From positions 2,784,001 to 2,848,000 of the forward strand of contig OY729428.2 of the NCBI GenBank assembly GCA_963422375.2: a stretch of 64,000 nt of DNA, given 5' to 3'. Both the position numbers and the translations under genes were made by a program. This DNA is from Bryobacterales bacterium (GTDB taxonomy: Bacteria; Acidobacteriota; Terriglobia; Bryobacterales; UBA6623). The notes beneath the pieces are model-generated. The model had not been told where the DNA came from. It made no database searches and worked only from the letters and a program-made list of their open reading frames with translations. Each line of letters starts with the position of its first letter. Within the stretch, counting starts at the first letter, position 1. Positions 1 through 9,966 of this stretch are shown piece by piece.

Positions 1-652
1 TCCGGAGACGCTGGCCCGTATCGAGCAGTACGAGATGGCCTTCCGCATGCAGACCTCGGTCCCCGAGATGAGCGACCTCTCTTCCGAGCCCGAGAGCACC
101 TGGAAGCGCTGGGGCGAGGACGCGCGCGAGCCGGGCAAGTTCCAGAACGCCGCGCTGATGGCGCGACGTCTGATCGAGCGCGACGTGCGCTTCGTGCAGA
201 TCTACCATCGCGGGTGGGACGTGCATAACAACGCGCCGGAGGTGCTGCCCGCCCAGGCGCGGGACGCCGACCGGGGGGCGTGGGCTCTGGTGCAGGACTT
301 GAAGGATCGCGGCCTGTTCAACGAGACGCTGGTCATATGGGGCGGCGAGTTCGGCCGCACGATCTACTCCCAAGGAGAGCTCACCCCGACGGACTACGGG
401 CGCGACCACCATCCGCGCTGCTACAGCCTCTGGATGGCGGGCGGCGGCATCAAGGGCGGCATGGTCTACGGCGAGACGGACGAATTCTCGTACAACATCG
501 TCAAGGATCCGGTTCCGATCCGGGACTACCAAGCCACACTGCTGCACCTGTTCGGCATCGACCACGAACGCTTCACCTACCGGCACCAAGGCCTGGACGC
601 CAAGCTCACGGGAGTCGACCCGGCGCACGTGGTCAAGGCGATCCTGGCGTAG
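1..652 (+). CDS. DUF1501 domain-containing protein, 5' truncated by window edge
   Basis: Motifs [46 protein letters not shown] typical of DUF1501; frame open to the window start. Confidence 0.85.
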   Translation, partial: PETLARIEQYEMAFRMQTSVPEMSDLSSEPESTWKRWGEDAREPGKFQNAALMARRLIERDVRFVQIYHRGWDVHNNAPEVLPAQARDADRGAWALVQDLKDRGLFNETLVIWGGEFGRTIYSQGELTPTDYGRDHHPRCYSLWMAGGGIKGGMVYGETDEFSYNIVKDPVPIRDYQATLLHLFGIDHERFTYRHQGLDAKLTGVDPAHVVKAILA

Positions 653-660
653 GGAGGCCC

Positions 661-666
661 TATAAT
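661..666 (+). promoter_or_regulatory. Putative -10 box of rnpB promoter
   Basis: Perfect TATAAT about 8 nt upstream of the RNase P RNA 5' end, in a very GC-rich context. Confidence 0.6.
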
Positions 667-673
667 CAAGGCT

Positions 674-1046
674 GGGTCGGTCGTCCGGGCAGTCGCGGCG
701 CCCGCGGGCGCCGAGGAAAGTCCGGTCTCCGCAGGGCAGCGTGCCGGCTAACGGCCGGGCGGCGCATCCGCGAGGAGGCGCCGACGGAAAGTGCCACAGA
801 AAAGATACCGCCCCGCCACGCGGGGCAAGGGTGAAATGGTGCGGTAAGAGCGCACCGCGTGCCGGGCAACCGGGACGGCAGGGCAAACCCCACGCGGAGC
901 AAGACCAAATAGGGGGCGAGGCGGCGGCCCGCCGCGACCGAGCCCCGGGTAGGTCGCTAGAGGCGCTTGGCAACAGGCGTTCGAGACGAATGGCTGCCGC
1001 CCGCCCGCGGGCGGGGACAGAAACCGGCTTACAGGGCGGCCGGCCC
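674..1046 (+). ncRNA. rnpB: RNase P RNA, class A
   Basis: Conserved GAGGAAAGTCC, AGTGCCACAGAAA, GGGTGAAA..GGTAAGAGC, GGCAAACCCCAC..GAGCAAG, ACAGAAACCGGCTTA; 5' GGGTCGGTCGTCC pairs with 3' GGGCGGCCGGCCC (P1). Confidence 0.95.
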
Positions 1047-1072
1047 TGCCGCCCGGGCCGCGAGCCCGGCCC

Positions 1073-2158
1073 TCAGCGCCCCGACCGCGGGCGCGGCCGT
1101 TCCGGCTTCGGGCAACAGCCCGGCGGGCAGACGTCGGGCAGCGGAGGCAGGCGCCCCGCGCTGGCGCGAGCCGCCCCGACCGCGAGGCGCTCCCCGATCA
1201 GGTCGCACACGCCGGCCACGAAACGGGGATGTATTCCGACCGTTCCCGCCCGCGCGTACTCCAAGCCGGCTTCCCGCGCCACCTCCGCCGCCTCGACGTC
1301 GAGGTCGAACAGCACCTCGATGTGGTCGGAGAGGAATCCGATCGGCGCGACGCAAACCCGCCGCAGCCCCGTCCGGCCCGCCTCGCGCAGGCTCTCGCAC
1401 ACGTCCGGTGCGAGCCACGGCTGCGCCGGAGGCCCGCTGCGGCTCTGGAACACCAGCTTCCAGCTCGTCGCTCCGGCCAAGTCGCTCGTCAAGCGCGCGG
1501 CTTCGCGAAGCTGCTCGACATAGCGACAGCTGGCGGCCATCGATAGCGGAATGCTGTGCGCGGTGTAAAGCACCGTCGCCTTCGAGCCGTCGCTCCGCCC
1601 GAGGCGCGCCAGAGCCGTTCGGACGCGGTCCGCCATCGCCTCGACGAATCCCGGATGGTTGAAGAACGGGCGGATCTTGTCGACCTCCGGCGCGCCCCCT
1701 CCCAAGGACGCGCGCGCGGCCTCGATGTCGTCCAAGTACTGGCGGCAACCGGAGTACGAGCCGAAGGCCGAGGTGACGAACGCGATCGCTCGACGCACGC
1801 CGTCCCGGGACATCTCGCGCATCGCCGCGGGCAGCAGCGGGTGCCAGTTCCGATTCCCCCAGTAAACCGGAAGGTCCCGGCCCCGGGTGGCCATTTCCGC
1901 GCGCACGGCGCCGATCAGCGCCCGGCACTGACCGTTGATCGGACTCTTGCCGCCGCATCGGTCGTAGTGCCGGGCGACTTCCAGCAGCCTCTCGCGCGAC
2001 ACGGGCCTGCCGCGCACCACGTTCTCCAGGAACGGCATGACGTCCTCGCGCCGCTCCGGCCCTCCGAACGATACGAACAGCACGGCGTCGTAGCCGGCTC
2101 GGCCCGCGAGACCGCCTGGAGTCCCGCCGACGCGACGGACTGCGGCTACGCCTCGCAC
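1073..2158 (-). CDS. hemH: Ferrochelatase
   Basis: YDAVLFVSFGGPE, GKSPIN, YWGNRNWHP, TAHSIP, FQSRSG, PIGFLSDHIEVLFDLD; C-terminal Cys cluster (CPPGCC). GTG start at 2158 inferred. Confidence 0.9.
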   Translation of the reverse strand: MRGVAAVRRVGGTPGGLAGRAGYDAVLFVSFGGPERREDVMPFLENVVRGRPVSRERLLEVARHYDRCGGKSPINGQCRALIGAVRAEMATRGRDLPVYWGNRNWHPLLPAAMREMSRDGVRRAIAFVTSAFGSYSGCRQYLDDIEAARASLGGGAPEVDKIRPFFNHPGFVEAMADRVRTALARLGRSDGSKATVLYTAHSIPLSMAASCRYVEQLREAARLTSDLAGATSWKLVFQSRSGPPAQPWLAPDVCESLREAGRTGLRRVCVAPIGFLSDHIEVLFDLDVEAAEVAREAGLEYARAGTVGIHPRFVAGVCDLIGERLAVGAARASAGRLPPLPDVCPPGCCPKPERPRPRSGR

Positions 2159-2679
2159 GACCGCCCCGCCAGATACAGGCCGGCGAATATTTTCGGGTCC
2201 AGCAGGCATCCGGCGCCTTCCCGCTCCCGGAGCCAGTCCCGCACGCCGTGCAGCGGAACTAGGTGAACGGTGATGCTCTCGCCCTCCACGCCTCCCCCCG
2301 CGCCGACCTTCCGCAAGCCTTCCGCTAGTATGAATGACACGATCTCGCTGGTCATGCCGCCCGAGCTCGGCGCGCGGGCCAGCACGCTCATACGCTCGGC
2401 GCGAAAGCCCGTCTCCTCCTCCAACTCGCGGTTGGCGGCATCGCACAGACTCTCGTCCTTGAAGTCCTCCTCGTCTCCCACCAAGCCAGCCGGCAGCTCG
2501 ATCATGGGCGCTTGGACGGGGATTCGATACTGCTCTACCAAGACGATCTCGTCCGCGGTCGTGATCGCCACCAGAACCGCAACATCGCGGACATTCACTC
2601 TCTCGACGTACTCCCATCGCCCGCGCACGACAAACCGCAGGAAGCGCCCTTGGGCAACGATGACGGGCCGGTCGATCAA
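2146..2679 (-). CDS. NUDIX hydrolase (ADP-ribose pyrophosphatase-like)
   Basis: Nudix box ELPAGLVG...AANRELEEETGF; TTG start overlapping the pncA stop (TTGA) inferred. Confidence 0.88.
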   Translation of the reverse strand: MIDRPVIVAQGRFLRFVVRGRWEYVERVNVRDVAVLVAITTADEIVLVEQYRIPVQAPMIELPAGLVGDEEDFKDESLCDAANRELEEETGFRAERMSVLARAPSSGGMTSEIVSFILAEGLRKVGAGGGVEGESITVHLVPLHGVRDWLREREGAGCLLDPKIFAGLYLAGRSCEA

Positions 2680-3290
2680 GGCAGGCTCCGGTCCGAAACG
2701 ATCGCGACGCCGGCCGAGCGCATCTCGTCCCAAGCCCGCTCTACGTCGCCCGGCTCGAGGTCGATTCCGCGGCAGCCCTCGCAAACGACAAGCGTGCGGA
2801 GGCCTAGCGCAGCCGCGTCGAGCGCGGTGAACTTGACGCAATAGTCCGTGGCGAGGCCCAGCAGGCAAACTTCTTCGATCCCCTTCGACCGCAGATGCTC
2901 GCCCAGACCGGTGGACCGGCGGTGCGCGTTGTCGAAGAAGGCGCTATAGCTGTCGAGCTGGCTGTCCGTCCCCTTCCGGAAGACTGCGTCGATGCGATCG
3001 AGATCCAGGTCCCGATGCAGTGCCGCGCCGCTCGATTCCTGAATGCAATGGTCCGGCCAGAGCACCTGGGGGAGTCCGCGCAATTCGATCGAATCGCCCG
3101 GCTTCCGCCCCGAGTGCTGGGACGCGAAGCTCCCGTGGTCGACAGGGTGCCAGTCCTGCGTCGCGACGACCCAATCGAACCGCTGCGCGAGCCGGTTGGC
3201 GACTTCGACGACCTCGTCGCCGCGCGGGACCGCTAGCGCACCTCCGGGCATGAAGTCGTTCTGCAGGTCGACTAGGATCAGGCAGCTCAT
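2676..3290 (-). CDS. pncA: Nicotinamidase/pyrazinamidase
   Basis: VDLQNDFMPGGALAV, TQDWHP, WPDHC, DSYSAF, GLATDYCV. Confidence 0.93.
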   Translation of the reverse strand: MSCLILVDLQNDFMPGGALAVPRGDEVVEVANRLAQRFDWVVATQDWHPVDHGSFASQHSGRKPGDSIELRGLPQVLWPDHCIQESSGAALHRDLDLDRIDAVFRKGTDSQLDSYSAFFDNAHRRSTGLGEHLRSKGIEEVCLLGLATDYCVKFTALDAAALGLRTLVVCEGCRGIDLEPGDVERAWDEMRSAGVAIVSDRSLP

Positions 3291-3395
3291 TCTCGGCGAG
3301 GGCGGTGCGGTCCTCCGTTCCGACGCGCCTCCCCAATTATGGGCCGAAGCGCGAGCCGGGGAGCGACGTCCCCGGAGCCGCCCGGCCCACTCCAG

Positions 3396-4304
3396 CTACC
3401 GAGCGGCCTCGAGGTCATACCGCTCCAGGATCCTTCTCATGTACCGTCTGACCCGCGGACCGTGGTCCGGATCCGCCACCGCGAAGGCGATGAATGTCTC
3501 GAAGTAGCTCGGCATGTTGCCGATGTCGAAGCGCTTCTCGTCCGCGCGAAGCCGCAGGCCGCGCACTGCGCCGCCCTCTTCCGCGATCCGCCGGATGGCG
3601 TCGGTGATCTGCACCTCGTCGCGGCGGTCGGGCCCCACGCGCCGAATCATGTCGAAGATCCTCGGCGAGAAGACGTAGCGCCCGGCCACCGCCAGGCGGC
3701 TCGGAGCTTCCGCGGCCGACGGTTTCTCGACCAAGGTGCGGATCGGGAAGGACTCGCCCGCGCCGCCCGGCTCGACGATCCCGTAAAAGCGCACGTGCTC
3801 CGGAGGCACTTCCTCCACCGCGACCACGACGTCGGCTCGGTGCCGGATGAACTCGTCCGCCATGCGCCGGCAAGCGACCGAGTCCTCCCCGAGGCCGATG
3901 ATCGAATCGCCCAAGGCGACGATGAAGGGCTCGCGGCCCGCGAAGGACTCGCCGTGCAGGATGGCATCGCCGAGACCGCGCTGGACGCTCTGCCGCGTGT
4001 AGAGCACGTTGAGGCCCAGCTTCTCGAAGTCCAGCGCGAGCTGGAGGTCCACCCTGCCCGCAATCCGCAGCGACTCCATGAGCGCGGGATCGGGGTCGAA
4101 GTGATTCTCGATCGCCGCCTTGCCGCGCCCTGTCACGAACAGCAGATTCCGGACGCCGCTGCGGGCTAGCTCCTCCGTGACGTATTGCACGATCGGCTTG
4201 CGCGCGACCGGCAGCATTTCCTTGGGCTGCGACTTGGTCGCCGGCAGCAGCCGCGTCCCCAAGCCGGCGACAGGGACCACCGCATTCGGGATCGGACAAT
4301 CCAT
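3396..4304 (-). CDS. galU: UTP-glucose-1-phosphate uridylyltransferase-like nucleotidyltransferase
   Basis: AVVPVAGLGTRLLPATKSQPKEMLP, GLGDAI, LVEKP, EVQITDAI. Confidence 0.85.
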   Translation of the reverse strand: MDCPIPNAVVPVAGLGTRLLPATKSQPKEMLPVARKPIVQYVTEELARSGVRNLLFVTGRGKAAIENHFDPDPALMESLRIAGRVDLQLALDFEKLGLNVLYTRQSVQRGLGDAILHGESFAGREPFIVALGDSIIGLGEDSVACRRMADEFIRHRADVVVAVEEVPPEHVRFYGIVEPGGAGESFPIRTLVEKPSAAEAPSRLAVAGRYVFSPRIFDMIRRVGPDRRDEVQITDAIRRIAEEGGAVRGLRLRADEKRFDIGNMPSYFETFIAFAVADPDHGPRVRRYMRRILERYDLEAAR

Positions 4305-4329
4305 CAATGCCACGGAATGCAGGAAATCG

Positions 4330-5160
4330 CTAGCTGGGCGCTCCGCCAAACTGGAAATCGTCCAATGTCAAGCTGCGATTCCAGACGTCGATGAACAGGG
4401 TGCGCATGGCGCTGCCCAAGCTCCGGTGCTCGAAGACCAGGGCGGTAATCTTCTGATGGCTGACGACGGGATCGTCCAAGGAAATCATCCCGCTGTGGCT
4501 GTCGAATAGCGCCAGCTTCAAGGGGACGCTCCAGCTCAGCCTCACCTCGGCTCCGGCTTCCTCCAAGAGTTCCAGCTTGTCCTTCCCGTCGGCCCCCCCG
4601 ACTTCGCCGGCGTCGAACATCAGCTTGCAGGACGTGCCCTTGTCCGCGAGGCTCCTGACGATCGGCTCGTGGACCGGGTCCACGGCGTAGGGAGGGCGCG
4701 CGAATTCCAAGTACTCGTTCGATGTCTGGAGCAGCATGTGCCGGTACTCCTCCACGATCTGCCTCGTGTCGGCGATGATGCGCAGGTAATCGAGCGGGCT
4801 GTGCCCGTTGGTCCCGTCCTGATACACGGCCGCCAGGTCGTCGCTGAGCTTCGCTGCCAGCTGCTGGCGGTCCTCCCATTCGCGCAGGAACCGCTCCCGC
4901 CGTCGACTCAGATAGCCTTCCAGCGCGAGCCGCGGCTCGACGGCCGAGAATTGCTTCGTCTTTCCGTGGACAACCCGCACGAAGCCCTTGTCGACCAAGC
5001 CGTTGAGCACGTCGTAGATCTTGGCCCGCGGGATATTCGCCCGGCCCGCGACATCGAGAGCCTTGAAATGGACGTGGCCAATGAGAACCATGTAGGCCTT
5101 CGATTCGTAAGCATTGAGGCCGATGTCGTGGAGCCGTCTCCTGTGAAGTTCCAGTTCCAC
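4330..5160 (-). CDS. TrmB-family transcriptional regulator
   Basis: N-terminal IGLNAYESKAY...IPRAKIYDVLNGLVDKGFV wHTH; C-terminal effector-type domain (PLKLALFD). Confidence 0.8.
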   Translation of the reverse strand: MELELHRRRLHDIGLNAYESKAYMVLIGHVHFKALDVAGRANIPRAKIYDVLNGLVDKGFVRVVHGKTKQFSAVEPRLALEGYLSRRRERFLREWEDRQQLAAKLSDDLAAVYQDGTNGHSPLDYLRIIADTRQIVEEYRHMLLQTSNEYLEFARPPYAVDPVHEPIVRSLADKGTSCKLMFDAGEVGGADGKDKLELLEEAGAEVRLSWSVPLKLALFDSHSGMISLDDPVVSHQKITALVFEHRSLGSAMRTLFIDVWNRSLTLDDFQFGGAPS

Positions 5161-5339
5161 CTCCTTGGATTATACCGAGCGACGCGCGCCGGAAGCCGAA
5201 TTCGACCTAGCCGGGTAGACAGAGCGCCAGCGAGCAGGCGTTCCCTGCTCGGTGCCGGCACTGGCAGCGGCGCAGATGGAGGGGCTGGCCCGGATCGACT
5301 CGAACGAGGCCTGGCGGGCCGCTGGCCCGCCCGCGCGCC

Positions 5340-6878
5340 TCAGGCGCGCCCGTTCCCCAGAAAGTTCGCTCCGAGCTCGACGTCCCCCAGCGTCACGCGA
5401 GCGCCCGGACCGATGCCCCGGGCCGAGCCGGGCTCCAGCTTGATCCCGTCCACGCTCGTGCCGTTGAGGCTGCGCAGGTCCTCGACCATCAGCTCGCCGT
5501 CCCGCAGGAAGAGGCGGGCGTGGCGACGCGAGACGCTGTCGACGGCGATGACGTAGTCGGCGTCGGCGGAGGAGCGCCCGATCACCTGCCCGTCCTGCGA
5601 GCGGGCTACAGCGGTGCCGTTGATCTTGAGGCGAACCTCCTGCCCGTCGGGCCCCGTCCCGGAGAGCATCACGTCCGAGAAAGTGGCACTGCTCCGCTCC
5701 AGATCCTCCCGCGCGCTGGCCAGCCTCTGCTCGGACTCGGACCGCTCGCGTCGACGAGCCCTGCGCTGCGAGACGCCGAATGCGATGCCGGCCAGCAGCA
5801 GCACTCCGAGGCCAATGCCAACGATTTGCTGAACGCGCACGACCTCTCCCTGCGCGCGAAGCATTCCCTCGTACCGCTCGCTCTCGGCGCGCCGCTCCTC
5901 CTCGAGCGAGAGCAGCTGCTCTTCGAGCGACGCCTTGGTCCGCGTGAGTCCGTCGATCTCCTTCTGCCTCGCCGCAACTTCCTGACGACGGCTCTCTAAG
6001 GAGTCCTCCAGCCCGCTCTGCCGGGTCTCCAAAGTCTGGATCTCGGCCTGGATCCGCGCCTTTTCCTCCTCGGCCTGCTTCTTGTCATCGCTCGTAGCCT
6101 TTTCCAATTCATTGAGCCGCGCTTCCAAGGCGGTCTTCTCTTCGGTCACCTTCTCCTTTTCGGCCTCGATCGCGGTGCGCTTCTTATGGATCTCGGTTTT
6201 TGCCGCCTCCGCCTCGGCCAGCCTAGAGTTCGCCTCCTCCAGCTCGCCCGCCAGCTGCTCCCCGAGCGGCAGGCAGGCCTCCGTCGCGGCCTTGTACTCG
6301 ACGCCGTTACTGGCTAGGAACTGCTTCACAGCGGGCAGGGAGCCGCTAGACCACAGATTCTTCTCCTGCTGCCTGAAAAAGCCGATTCCGACAAGCTCGT
6401 CGCAGTTGTTCAGCACCGGCGCGGACACTTGGTCCGGTCCGTCGACCAAGGCGTACCGATACGCGGTCCTTCCGTCCGGGAGCTCTTCGACCGACTGCAG
6501 CGCGCCTTCCCGGTGGCTACCGCCGGGACTCGGCACGCGCGCGCTGCGGCCCGCCGTGGGCGCGTCCAAGGCGACGGCCGCGGGCTCGGAAGCGAACCCG
6601 GAGACGGCTAGCAAGGCGAGATCCTGGCGAGCGTCGCCGACCGTCACGGTAGCAATCAGCTGCGCCGACGTATCCGGATCGGTCACCAAGCACTGGTCGC
6701 TGCGTCCGACCAGCCCGTAGCTGGCCAGCAGGACGCCTTCCGCCACGGAAATCGCGATGCCGCTCTCGCCCGCGTTGCGGCCCTTGTTGACCGCGACCGA
6801 ATACACCGTCGCGCCTGCGGCGCCGACGGCCGCCGACAGCGTCGCTGCCAGCGCGACAACATGTCGCATGCCTGTCAT
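5340..6878 (-). CDS. Signal peptide, degenerate trypsin-like domain, coiled coil, TM helix, C-terminal FHA domain
   Basis: Hydrophobic N-terminus; DLALL and SAPVLNNCDELVGI resemble trypsin-like motifs; long E/K-rich coiled coil; TM IVGIGLGVLLLAGIAFGV; FHA VIGRS..VSRRHA..EDLRSLNGT. GGAGG upstream of ATG 6878. Confidence 0.75.
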   Translation of the reverse strand: MTGMRHVVALAATLSAAVGAAGATVYSVAVNKGRNAGESGIAISVAEGVLLASYGLVGRSDQCLVTDPDTSAQLIATVTVGDARQDLALLAVSGFASEPAAVALDAPTAGRSARVPSPGGSHREGALQSVEELPDGRTAYRYALVDGPDQVSAPVLNNCDELVGIGFFRQQEKNLWSSGSLPAVKQFLASNGVEYKAATEACLPLGEQLAGELEEANSRLAEAEAAKTEIHKKRTAIEAEKEKVTEEKTALEARLNELEKATSDDKKQAEEEKARIQAEIQTLETRQSGLEDSLESRRQEVAARQKEIDGLTRTKASLEEQLLSLEEERRAESERYEGMLRAQGEVVRVQQIVGIGLGVLLLAGIAFGVSQRRARRRERSESEQRLASAREDLERSSATFSDVMLSGTGPDGQEVRLKINGTAVARSQDGQVIGRSSADADYVIAVDSVSRRHARLFLRDGELMVEDLRSLNGTSVDGIKLEPGSARGIGPGARVTLGDVELGANFLGNGRA

Positions 6879-7022
6879 CACGTCAGTCCTCCCTGTCTCC
6901 ATTTTCCGCAGCGCGGGGTTCCCGGCCGCCGGGGCGCGATCGCCGGGCACGCCGGCCTGCCCGGGCCGAATCGACACCGGCCGACGCCGGTGGATGCGGT
7001 CCACCCATACCGGACAGCCTCG

Positions 7023-7799
7023 CTAGCGGCCCGGGGCGACCGCCGGTTCCGGGCCGGTCACCCGGAACGCTATCACCGTAGCGTTGTCCTGGCGGGGGCG
7101 GTCCCGTGCCGCGACCTCCCGCAGAATGCAATCGACCAAGCTTTCGGAGGATGCAGACGCGTCGGCCGAGGCGAGCGCGGCCAGATCCTCGTCCGAGCAG
7201 GTCTCGACGCCGTCGCTTCCTAGGAGCAGGATGTCCCCGCAAGCGAGTTCGAGCGGCACGTGCGGCGCGTCGACCAGCTCGATCTCCCTGCCCAGCACCG
7301 CTTCTGCCAGCTCGGACCGGGAGGCCGCGAGGAGCGCCGCGCCTAGCGATGCGCCTGGCGGCGCGGCGCGCTCGTCCAGCACGCTGCCGACCGAGTGATT
7401 CTTGTTCAGCCGACGCAGCGCGCCTTCCCGGAAGAGCCAGAGCGGGCTGTCCCCCACGCTGACCCAGAGCAGCTCGCCTCGGTTGATCGCGACCGCCACG
7501 ACCGTCGTTCCCATACCGACGCAATCGGGATCGGACTGGATCCGGTCGAAGAGAGCGTAGTTCGCTTCCTGCAGAGCCCCCAAGAGGCGGTCTCTCTGCG
7601 ACAGGCTCGCCCGCTCCAAGTAGGTCCGGCGGAAGCTGTCCACGACCGTGGAACTGGCGACGTCGCCGCTGGCGTGCCCGCCCATCCCGTCCGCCAGGAT
7701 CAAGAGATGGCAGTCGTTCGGCCAAGTCAGGCAGGCGACGCGATCCTGCTGCCGCTCCCGGCGGCCTTGCATTTGTCCCCACGCGATGTCCGCAGGCAC
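7023..7799 (-). CDS. PP2C/PPM-family Ser/Thr phosphatase
   Basis: GRRERQQD, LADGMGGH, GMGTT, SVGDS, LLGSDG, QDNATV; GTG start 7799 inferred. Confidence 0.92.
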   Translation of the reverse strand: MPADIAWGQMQGRRERQQDRVACLTWPNDCHLLILADGMGGHASGDVASSTVVDSFRRTYLERASLSQRDRLLGALQEANYALFDRIQSDPDCVGMGTTVVAVAINRGELLWVSVGDSPLWLFREGALRRLNKNHSVGSVLDERAAPPGASLGAALLAASRSELAEAVLGREIELVDAPHVPLELACGDILLLGSDGVETCSDEDLAALASADASASSESLVDCILREVAARDRPRQDNATVIAFRVTGPEPAVAPGR

Positions 7800-7801
7800 G
7801 G

Positions 7802-8485
7802 CTAGGCGCTCGGCCCCCGCTCGGCCTCGCTCCACATGAATTCGTCGCCGCACAGGGCCACGAAACGCAGCGTGGTCGCGCCCATCGACAGGGAGCAACC
7901 GTTTTCCAGAATCGTGGGCTGGAGCACGGGCTCACCGTTCAGGTACACCAGGTTCACGCCCGATCCCACCTGGAGGTAGTACTTGTTGCCCTTGGGATCG
8001 TACGTAACGCGGGCATGATCCGTACGCGAGATCTCCCTGTCGCCGAAGTCCAGTTGCACTCTTGATTCGTCGCCCCGCCCGATCTTGTTCAAGCCGTTTC
8101 CCAGGGGGACGAAGCAGCCCTGGCCGGGGCCTTCCACGACCACCAGCCACCCTACGACAGGGTCGTCAATGCCCCGCCGACGGGAGGGAGGGAGGGGCTC
8201 GTCGTCTCGGGCGGGTCGCGGGCCTCCCGCGATCCGCGTCCGGGGCTCCTCCGCTTTCGCAGGGGCGACCCGAGGGGCGCTGTCCGCGGTCGGGCGGGTC
8301 ATCGGCCTTGTCGTGGGCTCGTCGTCGTAGAACAGCGGACGCCGCGCGGAGCGCCCCGGGTCGCTCCCGCCGACACCGGAGCCTCTCGGGCCCGGCCCGT
8401 CGCCGAAAATGGACCTCTTCTCGCGCCTGAAGGGGGTGGAAGGCACGTCGACCGGCACCCCGTCCGGGCCGAACTTCTTGGCCAT
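7802..8485 (-). CDS. FHA domain protein with disordered Pro/Thr-rich N-terminus
   Basis: PVVGWLVVVEGPGQG, NKIGRG, ISRTDHA..YDP, GATTLRFVALCG; ATG 8485 preceded by AAGGAG. Confidence 0.85.
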   Translation of the reverse strand: MAKKFGPDGVPVDVPSTPFRREKRSIFGDGPGPRGSGVGGSDPGRSARRPLFYDDEPTTRPMTRPTADSAPRVAPAKAEEPRTRIAGGPRPARDDEPLPPSRRRGIDDPVVGWLVVVEGPGQGCFVPLGNGLNKIGRGDESRVQLDFGDREISRTDHARVTYDPKGNKYYLQVGSGVNLVYLNGEPVLQPTILENGCSLSMGATTLRFVALCGDEFMWSEAERGPSA

Positions 8486-8499
8486 CGCTCGCTCCTTTC

Positions 8500-9309
8500 C
8501 TAAGGCTCCTCGTAGAGCCGGTTGACTAGGTTGTCGAGGCAGTACTGCCCGGCGCTGTTGAGCGCTGTCTCTTCCTTGCCCTGCGCGATGTGGAGCATGA
8601 ACACCAGTAGCGCGGACATCAGCAGCGCGACGAGCGTCGTGCTGAAGGCTATCCCGAGCTTGCTCGTCATCGCGCCGAACCAAGCCTGAACGGCCGGGGC
8701 GGAGTCGAGATCCGGCAACTCGCCCGCCGCGGACAGAGCCAGCGCGATGCCGACGACTGTCCCGATGAAGCCCAGCGTCGGGATCAGCCATACCAGGTAG
8801 CGCAGCATGTTGTACTTGAGATCGATCTCGTGCTGCATGAGATCGAGGCTGGAATTGAGCAGCCCGTTCGCCTGGTCGACCGAATTGCTGATCTGGAACT
8901 GCTGGACGGTCCGAATGATCAGCCGCTGAAGGCGGTAGAAACGGGCGTCGCTGGCGCTCGTCGCATTCCGGTAGATCGGCACGAGATCCCTCCCGCGCAG
9001 CATGGTGCTGTCGTCTTCCGGGAGCAAGTCCTTGCGCAGCTGGGCGGACTCGCCAATCCCCCGGTGGAAACGGACCCAGAGCTCGCCGAGACCGAAGAAG
9101 AACAGAAGCCACATGAGATTCTGAATGGTTAGCGGATAGCGGCTGCTGGCGCGGTCCAGGAGGAGCGCGGCCATGTCGATCTCGCCCGATCCGGGCGTCG
9201 GCATCCCCAAGGCGAGCGTCAGCAGACTGATCGCCACAACGCCCGCAACCACGGCGGCAGCCGCGACAATCAGGCGATACCGCTGCTCCTCTCCTTCCAG
9301 AGGATTCAA
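8500..9309 (-). CDS. MotA/TolQ/ExbB proton-channel family protein
   Basis: LIPTLGFIGTVVGI and LGIAFSTTLVAL motifs, several TM helices; start uncertain (TTG 9309 or ATG 9360). Confidence 0.85.
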   Translation of the reverse strand: MNPLEGEEQRYRLIVAAAAVVAGVVAISLLTLALGMPTPGSGEIDMAALLLDRASSRYPLTIQNLMWLLFFFGLGELWVRFHRGIGESAQLRKDLLPEDDSTMLRGRDLVPIYRNATSASDARFYRLQRLIIRTVQQFQISNSVDQANGLLNSSLDLMQHEIDLKYNMLRYLVWLIPTLGFIGTVVGIALALSAAGELPDLDSAPAVQAWFGAMTSKLGIAFSTTLVALLMSALLVFMLHIAQGKEETALNSAGQYCLDNLVNRLYEEP

Positions 9310-9674
9310 TGGTTCCCAAGCTCCTTGCCGGACGGCGCTACGAACTCTCCGGTGCGCCATGCCTCCTCCGGAGGCTGGTCGCGGGCTGGCGCGCCCGCAG
9401 GCAACCGGAAGCCGTTCCCGACAAGCAGACTGGCCAAGTCGGTCTCGCAGTCGCCGAACCGCACGGCAGCATTCAGATCCACGAAGCCCGCCCGGTGCTC
9501 AATCCACGATCCGTCACGCGATACCATCGTGCCGCGCCGCGATCGCCTGTCCGTGAGGTAGCAGCGGCCGTCCTCCGTCAGAGTCAGTTCCGCATGCAGC
9601 CTGCTGACCGTAGCGTCGGCAACGCGCAGGTCGGCGTTCCGGCTGCGACCGACCATGTACGTTCGAAAGCTCAT
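9306..9674 (-). CDS. Small FHA domain protein
   Basis: VGRSRNAD..VSRLHAEL..LTDRRSRRGT. Confidence 0.82.
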   Translation of the reverse strand: MSFRTYMVGRSRNADLRVADATVSRLHAELTLTEDGRCYLTDRRSRRGTMVSRDGSWIEHRAGFVDLNAAVRFGDCETDLASLLVGNGFRLPAGAPARDQPPEEAWRTGEFVAPSGKELGNH

Positions 9675-9966
9675 TCACCGAACCCCGTTCCGTTCCGCCC
9701 GGTGCAAGCCGCCGGACCCCGCCGCTGCGAACGCCGGGCAACGGCGCGGCATCGCGCCGTCGGCCCGCGGACGCGACTCGACTTGAATCGCGGCATGGCC
9801 ACAATGTAGCAGTCTCGACCGGCGTTACCGCAGTGGGCGCATGGCACGGAGCACGTCTCCAAGCCTTGGGATAGACGCGCACCTGGCCCAGCCGGTTTCC
9901 CCGGCCGGGCGGCAGGGCGGGCCGGGCACCGAACCGGCGGAGCGCGCGGCGCGACGGCACCGCTAG

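Noticed and set aside
741..1523. ORFs 280-834, 666-908 and 741-1523
   Set aside because: They overlap the RNase P RNA and hemH; no protein motifs; GC-rich shadow frames.
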